A stretch of 63,475 nucleotides of DNA, filler included. It is 6 parts of 6 records of this genome, joined end to end, with 100 filler letters (N's around TTAATTAATTAA, not from the genome) between each part and the next. Parts side by side here need not be neighbours in the genome. Positions count along the whole stretch, not along the records: positions 12,368 to 27,748 come from SRR22947725_1717; 5 more parts are not named here. One strand, 5' to 3'. Position numbers and translations under genes: made by a program. Below the pieces are notes generated by a model that did not search any database, was not told the origin of the DNA, and saw only the letters and a program-made list of their open reading frames with translations. Below, in pieces: positions 18,655 to 26,843 of the stretch (positions within the stretch are counted from its first letter, which is position 1; every line of letters begins with the position of its first letter).

Positions 18655-19101
18655 ATGATAGCGGTAATGAAAATTCTAAAAATACTATTTGTTCCATTAC
18701 TAATATTATCTTTCAATGTCAATGCAGACCTCAAAAGAGCTCTTGCATATGATCAAGCTGGTGAGTATGAGAAATCTGCAAAAGAGCTATATAAGATTAG
18801 CCAGCTCGCAACAAGGGGACACCCCAAGGCAATGTTCGAGTTTGGTACGATGTTCATGAAGGAGGGCATGTGGGTTGTTCAGAGTGATGAATCTGCCTTC
18901 GAGTGGTGGCTCAAATCTGCCAACCTTGGTTATGCGCCTGCGCAATTCTCAATCGGCGCTTCATACATTGGAGGGGTAGGTGTCAATCAGGATATGCAAG
19001 AGGCAAAGAAGTGGCTTGAAAAAGCCATGGATAGCACCTATGAGAAATATAGTAAGGTTGCAGAAGAGCTATATAACATCAATGAGCTAGATAAAATTTA
19101 A
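18655..19101 (+). CDS. Secreted Sel1-repeat (TPR-like) protein
   Basis: Signal peptide; GHPKAMFEFG, WWLKSANLGYAPAQFSIG...GVGVNQD..EAKKWLEKA; start may be 18667. Confidence 0.88.
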   Translation: MIAVMKILKILFVPLLILSFNVNADLKRALAYDQAGEYEKSAKELYKISQLATRGHPKAMFEFGTMFMKEGMWVVQSDESAFEWWLKSANLGYAPAQFSIGASYIGGVGVNQDMQEAKKWLEKAMDSTYEKYSKVAEELYNINELDKI

Positions 19102-19208
19102 ACTCCAATGCCAAGGTGAGATTGGCATGAAAGACCTACAGCAAGAACTCTCACACCAAAGCTAGTAAGACGCGTCGGCTTTGAAAGCTTGCTGTATTTT
19201 TTGTCCAT
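19098..19208 (-). CDS. 36-aa putative small protein (missing from ORF track)
   Basis: MDKKYSKLSKPTRLTSFGVRVLAVGLSCQSHLGIGV preceded by AAGGA SD. Confidence 0.45.
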   Translation of the reverse strand: MDKKYSKLSKPTRLTSFGVRVLAVGLSCQSHLGIGV

Positions 19209-19244
19209 GCATTAATTCCTTATCTATTATTTGACTCATATTAA

Positions 19245-19331
19245 TATGGCAGGGATTTGTCTCATCAAAAGAAGAGCATTTAAGAATTGCTTGAGGAGAA
19301 AGTAATTTATAAATCTTATCTCCCTGCCATA
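19245..19331. ncRNA. Candidate structured RNA / long imperfect hairpin
   Basis: Perfect 11-bp closing stem tatggcaggga/tccctgccata with nested ctcatcaa/ttgaggag and agca/tgct pairings. Confidence 0.35.
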
Positions 19332-19453
19332 ATTCCAAGTATACTAAATTTAGATGTCATAATGAGCTTAATTTTAAGATTCTATTATCCACCCTTAATA
19401 TTAACTAAAGGGTTATGGTATATTAAAATTTCTATTAATAATAAGGGGTTATT

Positions 19454-19822
19454 ATGAGTTTATCTTTAGTTTTCAGACTTCAAGCTGCCTTGATGGCAAT
19501 TTTTGGTATTGGGATGTTATTATCGCCAGCTTCTTTGATGGCAGGATTCAATGTCGGTGAAAATGCGCTTGCGGCAAATATGATGCAGGGCATGTCATTA
19601 ATGGTTATTGCTATTGCTTATATCAGTTGGCAGATGCCAAATTGGGCTGGTGATAACTTAAAGTCAGTTGGTATGTTCTTCGCTCTTTGGCATGTAATAT
19701 ATTTGATTTTAAGTGGTTACCAGATGATGACAGGTATGTTTCCTTCTGACGGTGCAAACCTCATTGGAAATTTAGGCCCTGATGTAATTTTTGCAATTTT
19801 GTTTTTCTGGAAATCTAGATAA
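19454..19822 (+). CDS. Four-TM hypothetical membrane protein
   Basis: 122 aa hydrophobic; SD aagggg; followed by terminator. Confidence 0.75.
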   Translation: MSLSLVFRLQAALMAIFGIGMLLSPASLMAGFNVGENALAANMMQGMSLMVIAIAYISWQMPNWAGDNLKSVGMFFALWHVIYLILSGYQMMTGMFPSDGANLIGNLGPDVIFAILFFWKSR

Positions 19823-19842
19823 AATTTAAAGAGTCAATAATG

Positions 19843-19870
19843 AAAGGTCCTAATGATTAGGGCCTTTTTT
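19843..19870 (+). terminator. Rho-independent terminator
   Basis: aaaggtcctaa-tga-ttagggcc then tttttt. Confidence 0.75.
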
Positions 19871-19890
19871 ATTTGAAGCAGCAAAACTAT

Positions 19891-20010
19891 TTATGTTTTG
19901 TTTCGTCTGCATCTCTCACTGCAATATAGAACATTATCCCAGTCCTTTCGCCATTTCTTTCTCCAGGTAAAGGGCTTACCACAAGTCTTACAAATCTTTT
20001 CAGGCTTCAT
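19891..20010 (-). CDS. DUF2256 family small zinc-binding protein (missing from ORF track)
   Basis: [39 protein letters not shown]. Confidence 0.9.
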   Translation of the reverse strand: MKPEKICKTCGKPFTWRKKWRKDWDNVLYCSERCRRNKT

Positions 20011-20058
20011 AGTGATCTCTAATCTAGAATTATGGAGAGACTTAATTTTCTTTTGAGT

Positions 20059-20087
20059 AAAAAAAAGCCCTCTAATAAGAGGGCTTT
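20059..20087 (-). terminator. Rho-independent terminator of proteorhodopsin gene
   Basis: aagccctct-aata-agagggctt hairpin with a long A-run (U-tail on minus strand). Confidence 0.8.
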
Positions 20088-20103
20088 AACTGAGCTAAGA
20101 GGC

Positions 20104-20811
20104 TTAAGCGTCGCTAGACTCTCTTACAGCTACATTCCAAATAATTAAACCAAACAGAATCTTATTAACAAAATCTGCAAGGTTGTAAATAATGTTCAGT
20201 GAGCCTGAGTCAACACTACCCATCATATATCCAAAGATATATCCTAGAGGATAGATTGCCCAACCAACTAAAACAATAAGTCTTAGTGCGTTGAAGGCAG
20301 ATTTAACTCCTGCATTAGCATCTGCAGCCTTACTTGCTTCACCACCGAAGATTTCCCAGATGATGATTGCCCAACCTACCATTCCTATAATAAATCCTAG
20401 GGAAGCCGAGATTAGCATTGCCTCACCTGCAAATCCACCGATAAGCATAACCAGAGTACCAACTAGTAGTCTCCAGAAAGAGTTTGTTGAGATGCTGGCA
20501 CCAACTGCTTTAAGAATAATGAAGAATTCAATCATTAATAAAGGTACAGTGATTAACCAGTCAATATATCTATAAACTATAGGAGAATCTGGTGAGCCAG
20601 CAATTACTGAAGCAACCCAATAGTCTCTCATATAGTAGTAGTGAATTGCTGCAACTAGTGTCACTAGTCCTGCAATTGTCATTGAAAGTTTCCATTCTTT
20701 TTTTACTGACATTCCTTCATAAAAAAAGAACACTGTTGCAGCTACCATAGCAACAGATACTAACCAAAAAGAGACGCCAACAAAATCTCCAGCTTGTAAC
20801 ATGCCTTCCAT
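20104..20811 (-). CDS. Proteorhodopsin (DTE proton pump, Leu105 green-tuned)
   Basis: RYIDWLITVPLLMIEF (D97/T101/L105/E108), His75 in AIHYYYMR, retinal Lys in NLADFVNK. Confidence 0.97.
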   Translation of the reverse strand: MEGMLQAGDFVGVSFWLVSVAMVAATVFFFYEGMSVKKEWKLSMTIAGLVTLVAAIHYYYMRDYWVASVIAGSPDSPIVYRYIDWLITVPLLMIEFFIILKAVGASISTNSFWRLLVGTLVMLIGGFAGEAMLISASLGFIIGMVGWAIIIWEIFGGEASKAADANAGVKSAFNALRLIVLVGWAIYPLGYIFGYMMGSVDSGSLNIIYNLADFVNKILFGLIIWNVAVRESSDA

Positions 20812-21019
20812 ATTAACTCCTTAACTAAAAAGATAAAAATTTAAATTTTCTTGTAGCCCCTTTTTCTACAATTTCGGATTATACCAACAAAGAACTAAAT
20901 AAAAAATACATGATATTATTATGGTTTATTTTGATCTACTTTTATAAATATCTCTACATATATGTCTATAAGTTGATAGTATTATTAACTATAAATTTAA
21001 TTAAACTGGAGAGATTACA

Positions 21020-21712
21020 ATGGAAATAAAACTCATCTATTTTGATATGCCATTTTGGCGTGCTGAAGTTGCAAGACTTCCCTTATTTCTCTCAAATATA
21101 GAGTTTGAAGATTTCAGAATTACGAGTGATGATAACAGATATCTAAAAGAACATGGCAAGCTAAAAGATAAGACCATCATTCCCTTCAGGCAACTACCAG
21201 TTCTGGTCGTAAATGGGCAAAGCATTGCTCAGACTGGAGGCATTGCCAGGATCTGTGGAAAGATGAGTGGTATGTATCCTGATGATATGATTGAGGCCGC
21301 TAAGGTAGATCAAGTTATTGATACAGTGACTGACATCAATGTACTGATAAATCCTTCAATGCGCGAAAATGATCTGGTCATTAAAAAACAAATGAGAATT
21401 GAATTAAGTCATGGCGCCTTATCTCAATACTTTGGATACTTAGAGGAACTGTTGAAGTCAAATAACTCTGGCTGGTTTGTTGGAGCTGAGATGACAATTG
21501 CCGATATCGCGGTTTGGAGTATGCTCGGTTGGATTGCTCAGGGTGTGCTTGATGACATACCAAAAGATTTATCTAAGCCATTTAAGAGGTTAACTGATTT
21601 ATATAATAATATTAGCAGCCAGCCTGACGTCCAGGATTGGAAAAAAATGACTTATGCCTATGAAGAGTCATCAACAGGTGAGTATAACTATCATGTGCCT
21701 GACAGAATATAA
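21020..21712 (+). CDS. Glutathione S-transferase (Tyr-type, sigma-like)
   Basis: KLIYFD..WRAEVARL, PFRQLPVL, IAQTGGIAR, WFVG..MTIADI. Confidence 0.9.
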   Translation: MEIKLIYFDMPFWRAEVARLPLFLSNIEFEDFRITSDDNRYLKEHGKLKDKTIIPFRQLPVLVVNGQSIAQTGGIARICGKMSGMYPDDMIEAAKVDQVIDTVTDINVLINPSMRENDLVIKKQMRIELSHGALSQYFGYLEELLKSNNSGWFVGAEMTIADIAVWSMLGWIAQGVLDDIPKDLSKPFKRLTDLYNNISSQPDVQDWKKMTYAYEESSTGEYNYHVPDRI

Positions 21713-21735
21713 GACTCTTTCAGTCAACTACTATT

Positions 21736-22101
21736 TTAGCTATCCCAAACTGCAAATGACTTGCCCTGGTTATTGAACTCATAGCCAATAAATGGTTCAT
21801 CACTGATTATTTCACCATCATGCCCTGGAGATATAGAGTAGGCATCACCAGCTTTTACAATCATCTCTGTACCGTCATCATGAGTGACTCGCATGGTGCC
21901 TTGGATGCATGTTCCTAGATGTCCTGCCTGGCAACTCTCACCACCAACATGAGGCTTGATGCATTCTGACCACATCCATCCTGGTTGAAGTGTAATTCTA
22001 TTTGCTTTTACCGAGCCAAACTCTAACGTTGCTACGCTAGTTTTATCGGGCGTTACAGAATCATCTGGATTGTCAAAAGATTTTCTTACTAAATTAGCCA
22101 T
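21736..22101 (-). CDS. Cupin domain protein
   Basis: LQPGWMWSECIKP..G..SCQAGHLG...G; ISPGHDG. Confidence 0.85.
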   Translation of the reverse strand: MANLVRKSFDNPDDSVTPDKTSVATLEFGSVKANRITLQPGWMWSECIKPHVGGESCQAGHLGTCIQGTMRVTHDDGTEMIVKAGDAYSISPGHDGEIISDEPFIGYEFNNQGKSFAVWDS

Positions 22102-22191
22102 TTTGCTTCTCCTATGTTTTAAAAATAAACTTTTTTAATCATTCTGTGATATTCTATATTAAATAATTAAATTCTACAAATACTAGACATT

Positions 22192-22710
22192 ATGAAAAAT
22201 TTTCTACTCTTTTTCTTTCTTTCTATGACTATCGCTAGTTCTGCTAATGCTGATGGAGCTGACGACTGGCAAGATGTTGATTTTAATACAGATATATTAA
22301 ATCAACTGAATCAATGTAAGGGCTGTGACTTACGCGCCACCAATTTTATTGGCGCCAACCTCTCAGGCGCAAACTTGAGTGGCGCAAACTTTATTGAAGC
22401 TAAACTCAGTGGCGCAAACTTGAGTGGTGCAAATTTTGAAGGATCAAGCTTATTTGGAACTAGTTTTGAAGGGTCAAATTTAGAGAATACTTCATTTTTT
22501 GCAGCCAATCTTTTTGGCGTAACTCTTAAGGAGGCATGGTTGATTGGAGCTGACCTGAGACAAGCGGATTTAAGTAATGCTGATTTAACGCTAGCCAATC
22601 TTACCGGTGCAAACCTGACAAATGCAAATCTAAGAGGGGCAATCCTTAATGGCACAATTTTTTGTAATACTAAAACCCCATGGGGCATAGACAACTCTTC
22701 ATGTGAGTGA
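22192..22710 (+). CDS. Secreted pentapeptide-repeat protein
   Basis: Signal peptide, CKGCDL, tandem A(N/D)LxG repeats, TIFCNT...NSSC. Confidence 0.93.
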   Translation: MKNFLLFFFLSMTIASSANADGADDWQDVDFNTDILNQLNQCKGCDLRATNFIGANLSGANLSGANFIEAKLSGANLSGANFEGSSLFGTSFEGSNLENTSFFAANLFGVTLKEAWLIGADLRQADLSNADLTLANLTGANLTNANLRGAILNGTIFCNTKTPWGIDNSSCE

Positions 22711-22748
22711 AATAGGCTTAATCTTAGACTTATATCCTAAAGTTTAAA

Positions 22749-23522
22749 TTAATAGAATTTTCTTGAATCTTCTAGATAGGGTAATTTTTCACGTACTAAT
22801 AAAATATCATCTGTATTAATCTCAGCGCAAATCATTTTTTCACCTTGTTCTGCGTTAACAAGATCTATCCCATCCGGACCAATAATCTTACTCTCACCCA
22901 TGAAGTTAATATCATTAAGCCTACCTGTTGAGTTTGCATAAGCTACAAATATCCCATTCTCAAATGCTCTTGTTCTGCAGTTATGAAGAGCAGCAGCAGG
23001 CCAATTTGAAGACTGCCCTGTTGGAGCAATGATCAACTGTACATCTTGCAGTGCTAACTCTCTTATGAGCTCTGGAAACTCTAACTCATAGCATATAACG
23101 ATTGCAATTTTGATGTCATTGATTGAGAGGATTGAGCTTTCCTTGCCAGGTGTAAATATTGTTGATTCGTCAGCGGTTGGTGGCAACATTTTTTTGCGAT
23201 GATTGACAATCGATATGCCTTTTGAATCAAAAATTTGAGCTGAATTAAAAAGACTATCGCTCTGTATTTCTGGATATCCATAAACAATTGCAGTGCAGGT
23301 CTTTTTTGCAAGGGATGCTATTGTATTGGCAAATTTGCCGTCCCTATTCTCACTATATTCTTTTATTTTTTCAAAACTGCCATAACCAGATATAAATAAC
23401 TCGGGACAAACGACTAGATCTAATTGAGGTTTTTCATTTAATAGGGCTGCAAGCCTATCTATCTTTTCAAGAGGGCTTTCATCCTGCATTTCATATTGGA
23501 AAATTCCGATATTCATTTTCAT
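22749..23522 (-). CDS. Carbon-nitrogen hydrolase (nitrilase/amidase superfamily)
   Basis: Catalytic E (CPELF), K (HRKKML), C (ICYE); RAFENG. Confidence 0.9.
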   Translation of the reverse strand: MKMNIGIFQYEMQDESPLEKIDRLAALLNEKPQLDLVVCPELFISGYGSFEKIKEYSENRDGKFANTIASLAKKTCTAIVYGYPEIQSDSLFNSAQIFDSKGISIVNHRKKMLPPTADESTIFTPGKESSILSINDIKIAIVICYELEFPELIRELALQDVQLIIAPTGQSSNWPAAALHNCRTRAFENGIFVAYANSTGRLNDINFMGESKIIGPDGIDLVNAEQGEKMICAEINTDDILLVREKLPYLEDSRKFY

Positions 23523-23758
23523 TTGTTTCTATGACGAATTTTTTTTATCAATAGATAGGGCCTTATTCCTAGCCAGTATAGCCACACTGGAACGCCAACA
23601 ATAAAAAAGATATGCCAATATACATTACTTAAATCAAACCAACCCAGGATAATTTGATTATTGAGTTTGGAGTAGGTGGTCGCAATGAAGAAGGAAAAAA
23701 CCAACCAACTTCCACTCAGGTATAAACTAATTCTTGTTTTTAATGATAGCTCTATCAT
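23519..23758 (-). CDS. Small two-TM hypothetical protein
   Basis: Two hydrophobic segments; overlaps hydrolase start. Confidence 0.55.
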   Translation of the reverse strand: MIELSLKTRISLYLSGSWLVFSFFIATTYSKLNNQIILGWFDLSNVYWHIFFIVGVPVWLYWLGIRPYLLIKKIRHRNK

Positions 23759-23826
23759 CTGAAATAAATATACTTAATTTGTACTAAGATAACTATAATT
23801 TACTTTCTGAATTTATAGGAACTATT

Positions 23827-24834
23827 ATGATAAAAACATTGCAAATTTCTGAAAAAGAGGCGTGGGATTTAGCATTCAACGCTCTTGTCAATAACAATAC
23901 TTCAGAAGATAATGCCAAAGAGGTTGCTGATGCATTAATCAGTGCGGAGTTTGATGGCCAGGCCGGTCATGGACTTTCACGAATACCCTCTTATGTTGAG
24001 CAGCTGACTGCAGGAAAGGTTAAAGGCACGGAGGCGCCATCGATAATTAGTTCAAAGGGAAGCGTCATTAGAGTTGACGCTAAAAATGGCTTTGCCTACC
24101 CTGCCATTTCTTTAGCATTAAAAGAGATAACGACTGCCTGTAAAAAATTTGGAATTGCTGCTTCTAGCATAACGCGCTCTCATCACTTTGGTCAAGCTGG
24201 AAGGCATGTTGAGATCCTAGCTGACAATGGACTAATTGGTTTAATGTTTGGAAATACGCCCAAAGCGATTCCGCCTTGGGGTGGTACAAAGGCCTTATTT
24301 GGTACGAACCCAATAGCATTTTCTGCGCCTAGAGAAAACGATGCACCAATGGTAATAGATATGAGTCTAAGTAAAGTTGCACGCGGAAAAGTGATGGTCG
24401 CGAACCAGCAGGGTGAAAAAATTCCAGAGGGCTGGGCCATTGATAGTGAAGGTAAGCCTACGACTGACCCAAAGAAGGCTTTGGAGGGTGCGATGCTTCC
24501 AATCGGAGACGCCAAAGGAAGTGCTCTTGCGCTGATGGTAGAGGTATTGGCTGCAGGGCTTACTGGTTCTAATTTTGGGTTTGAGGCAAGCTCGTTTTTA
24601 AATGCTGAGGGAGACTCGCCGGGAGTTGGGCAGCTCATTATAGCAATTGACCCTAGCTTTTTTGCAGGTGATCAATTCTCTGAGAGAACAGAGACCATGG
24701 TAACTTCAATTCTTGAGCAGCCATCAACGAGACTTCCTGGCAATAAACGCCTGGAAAAAAGAAAGCTTCGTGAGAGTTCTCAGACTATAACTATTTCAAA
24801 AGAGTTGTTTGAAAAGATAAACAGTATTTCATAA
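23827..24834 (+). CDS. Ldh_2 (type-2 malate/lactate) family oxidoreductase, ComC/DpkA-like
   Basis: GHGLSRIPSY, SHHFG, FGTNPIAF, VARGK, IPEGWA, KGSALALMVEVL, RLPG. Confidence 0.9.
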   Translation: MIKTLQISEKEAWDLAFNALVNNNTSEDNAKEVADALISAEFDGQAGHGLSRIPSYVEQLTAGKVKGTEAPSIISSKGSVIRVDAKNGFAYPAISLALKEITTACKKFGIAASSITRSHHFGQAGRHVEILADNGLIGLMFGNTPKAIPPWGGTKALFGTNPIAFSAPRENDAPMVIDMSLSKVARGKVMVANQQGEKIPEGWAIDSEGKPTTDPKKALEGAMLPIGDAKGSALALMVEVLAAGLTGSNFGFEASSFLNAEGDSPGVGQLIIAIDPSFFAGDQFSERTETMVTSILEQPSTRLPGNKRLEKRKLRESSQTITISKELFEKINSIS

Positions 24835-24836
24835 AA

Positions 24837-24866
24837 GACCGTATTTTATATGACCGTATTTTATAT
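24837..24866 (+). repeat. 15-bp tandem duplication
   Basis: gaccgtattttatat x2, followed by agacc. Confidence 0.85.
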
Positions 24867-24913
24867 AGACCTTTTTAATCTTAGATTATTCATATAAAAT
24901 GTCCTTTTAAAAT

Positions 24914-25852
24914 TTGATTATTAGGATTATGAAAATATCAAGTTCCAACGTATCGAAGACATTAATTAGCTCGATTTTGACCATGTCACTCGGATTTTCT
25001 TTAAGTGTCAATGCGGATGATTCAGAGCAGATTAAATCATCACTCATGAGTAGGATGACCAGTGCGACTGGTTCCTTCATCTCATCCGGAATTGGAGCTA
25101 TGCTAAGCCCTAATTTTGATAAAGTTGAAGTTAGTACTAATTTGAAAGAAGGTGACTCCACAATTGATATAGGTGTTTTGAAGGCTTATGGTGATAATCC
25201 TAACTCCTTTATTTTTAATCAGATCAATCTTAATCGTTATGATAAGAGGACAACTTTAAATCTAGGTGTTGGCTATAGAAATCTTAATGCAGACCAGACC
25301 TGGATGACTGGTGTCAATGCATTCTATGATCATGAGTTCCCGGATGATCACAAACGTAACGGTGTTGGATTTGAAGTCGTTAGTTCAGTCTTAGAGTCTA
25401 GAGTAAATATTTATAACGGTACTACTGGGTATATCAAGGACAAGAGTGGAACAGATTCAAAAGCACTTGATGGAAGAGACATGGGTTTTAAGGTTGCGCT
25501 ACCATACATGCCTGGTATGAAGTTTGGTATGAATGCTTTTGCATGGAAAGGTATTGATGGCATGAAAGATAAAAAGGGCAGAAAATATACTCTAGGTGGA
25601 AATCTTTCAGACAACTTATCTCTGGAATACATTCGAACTGACTATAAAGATGCTGCTACTAAAGATACAGATAGCATCGCCTTGAACTACACCTGGAATT
25701 TTGGTCAGGACAACACACAACCGAAATTATTTGAATTCTCAAGTACGGCCTATGAGCTTACAAAATTAGGTGATGAAAGATACAACCTAGTTCAGCGTGA
25801 GAATCGAATTGTTAAGAAAAAGTCTGGTGTATTAACTGTGGCAGGATACTAA
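24914..25852 (+). CDS. Inverse autotransporter (intimin/invasin-type) beta-barrel with no passenger domain
   Basis: Signal peptide; TLNLGVGYR, GVNAFYD, GVGFE, LDGRD strands; linker RYNLVQRENRIV followed by only 12 residues; start may be 24929. Confidence 0.88.
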   Translation: MIIRIMKISSSNVSKTLISSILTMSLGFSLSVNADDSEQIKSSLMSRMTSATGSFISSGIGAMLSPNFDKVEVSTNLKEGDSTIDIGVLKAYGDNPNSFIFNQINLNRYDKRTTLNLGVGYRNLNADQTWMTGVNAFYDHEFPDDHKRNGVGFEVVSSVLESRVNIYNGTTGYIKDKSGTDSKALDGRDMGFKVALPYMPGMKFGMNAFAWKGIDGMKDKKGRKYTLGGNLSDNLSLEYIRTDYKDAATKDTDSIALNYTWNFGQDNTQPKLFEFSSTAYELTKLGDERYNLVQRENRIVKKKSGVLTVAGY

Positions 25853-25853
25853 T

Positions 25854-26825
25854 ATGAAAACAATACATTTAAACAAATTAATACTTTTAACTGGCTTATT
25901 TATAGTCTCAATTGTTTTCTCAGCTGGAGCTGATGCTAGCTGTAGATACAACTCCGGATTGCTTGATGTAAAATCTGGAGCTCAACAATATCAAGTTTAT
26001 GATACTGCAATTGGCGGAGGTCGCTATGTTGATGCCTGTAATGATACCCCAGACGAATATGAGATAACGTTTTATAAGTTGGGGCTTTGTACTGCAACAA
26101 CAGCAGCAAATGATTTGAATTCATGTCAGTACGTGGTGAATAATACTGCTGGTGTGACCCATGTAATTGAGAAAGGATCGTCTGGCGCTATGGCAATTCC
26201 AGAGTTTTCAATTGATCCTGGAACATACCCCTACATGGTTGTCGTGATTAGTAATAAACTTGGAATTAAGCACTCATTTACAGCTGCTTATAGCCTGACA
26301 GGACTGAGCTCTAGTGCTGGTGCAACATGTTGGACAGCTGATGCTGGACCTAGTGCTTATACAAATGAGCGAAAGAATACACCTCATGGATGGACCTCTG
26401 CAGATGGTGCGCAATTAATTAAGTGCGGAGCAGCATCTGCTAGTGCACCTGTATTCTCTTATGAAGTTATCAATAAGCTAACTGAAGAAGAATGCGCTGA
26501 TAGCTGGGTTGCCAACGGAGATTACTCTAGTTTTGGAACAGTTGGAAATGGAACTGCTGAAGTCTCTCTTCTTCAATCAACAGATGTTTTTGCAACAACT
26601 TGTGAAAATGCAGCAAAAATTCTGTGGACAACAACGCTGACAACGCCTTATGTTATAACAGCAGATTCTACTTATCAGTTAAACATGAAGACGACTGATT
26701 CAGTCTCTATTGATTTTGATAGTGGTGTTGTGGACGAAGCCGCTGATCCTGTAGTTGGTTCAAACAATAACATCATTAAGATGGGTGCTGATCCAGTTCA
26801 ATTGTATCTGACTGTTACTAATTAA
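25854..26825 (+). CDS. Secreted Cys-rich beta-rich protein, putative partner of the barrel
   Basis: Starts 1 bp after barrel stop; signal peptide; 8 Cys; Thr/Ala/Ser/Gly-rich. Confidence 0.8.
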   Translation: MKTIHLNKLILLTGLFIVSIVFSAGADASCRYNSGLLDVKSGAQQYQVYDTAIGGGRYVDACNDTPDEYEITFYKLGLCTATTAANDLNSCQYVVNNTAGVTHVIEKGSSGAMAIPEFSIDPGTYPYMVVVISNKLGIKHSFTAAYSLTGLSSSAGATCWTADAGPSAYTNERKNTPHGWTSADGAQLIKCGAASASAPVFSYEVINKLTEEECADSWVANGDYSSFGTVGNGTAEVSLLQSTDVFATTCENAAKILWTTTLTTPYVITADSTYQLNMKTTDSVSIDFDSGVVDEAADPVVGSNNNIIKMGADPVQLYLTVTN

Positions 26826-26843
26826 TTATTATTGAGGGAGGGT

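Noticed and set aside
22311-22694. 127-aa repetitive minus-strand ORF and 15-bp DNA periodicity
   Set aside because: Antisense shadow of the pentapeptide-repeat gene; not a CRISPR array or separate gene.
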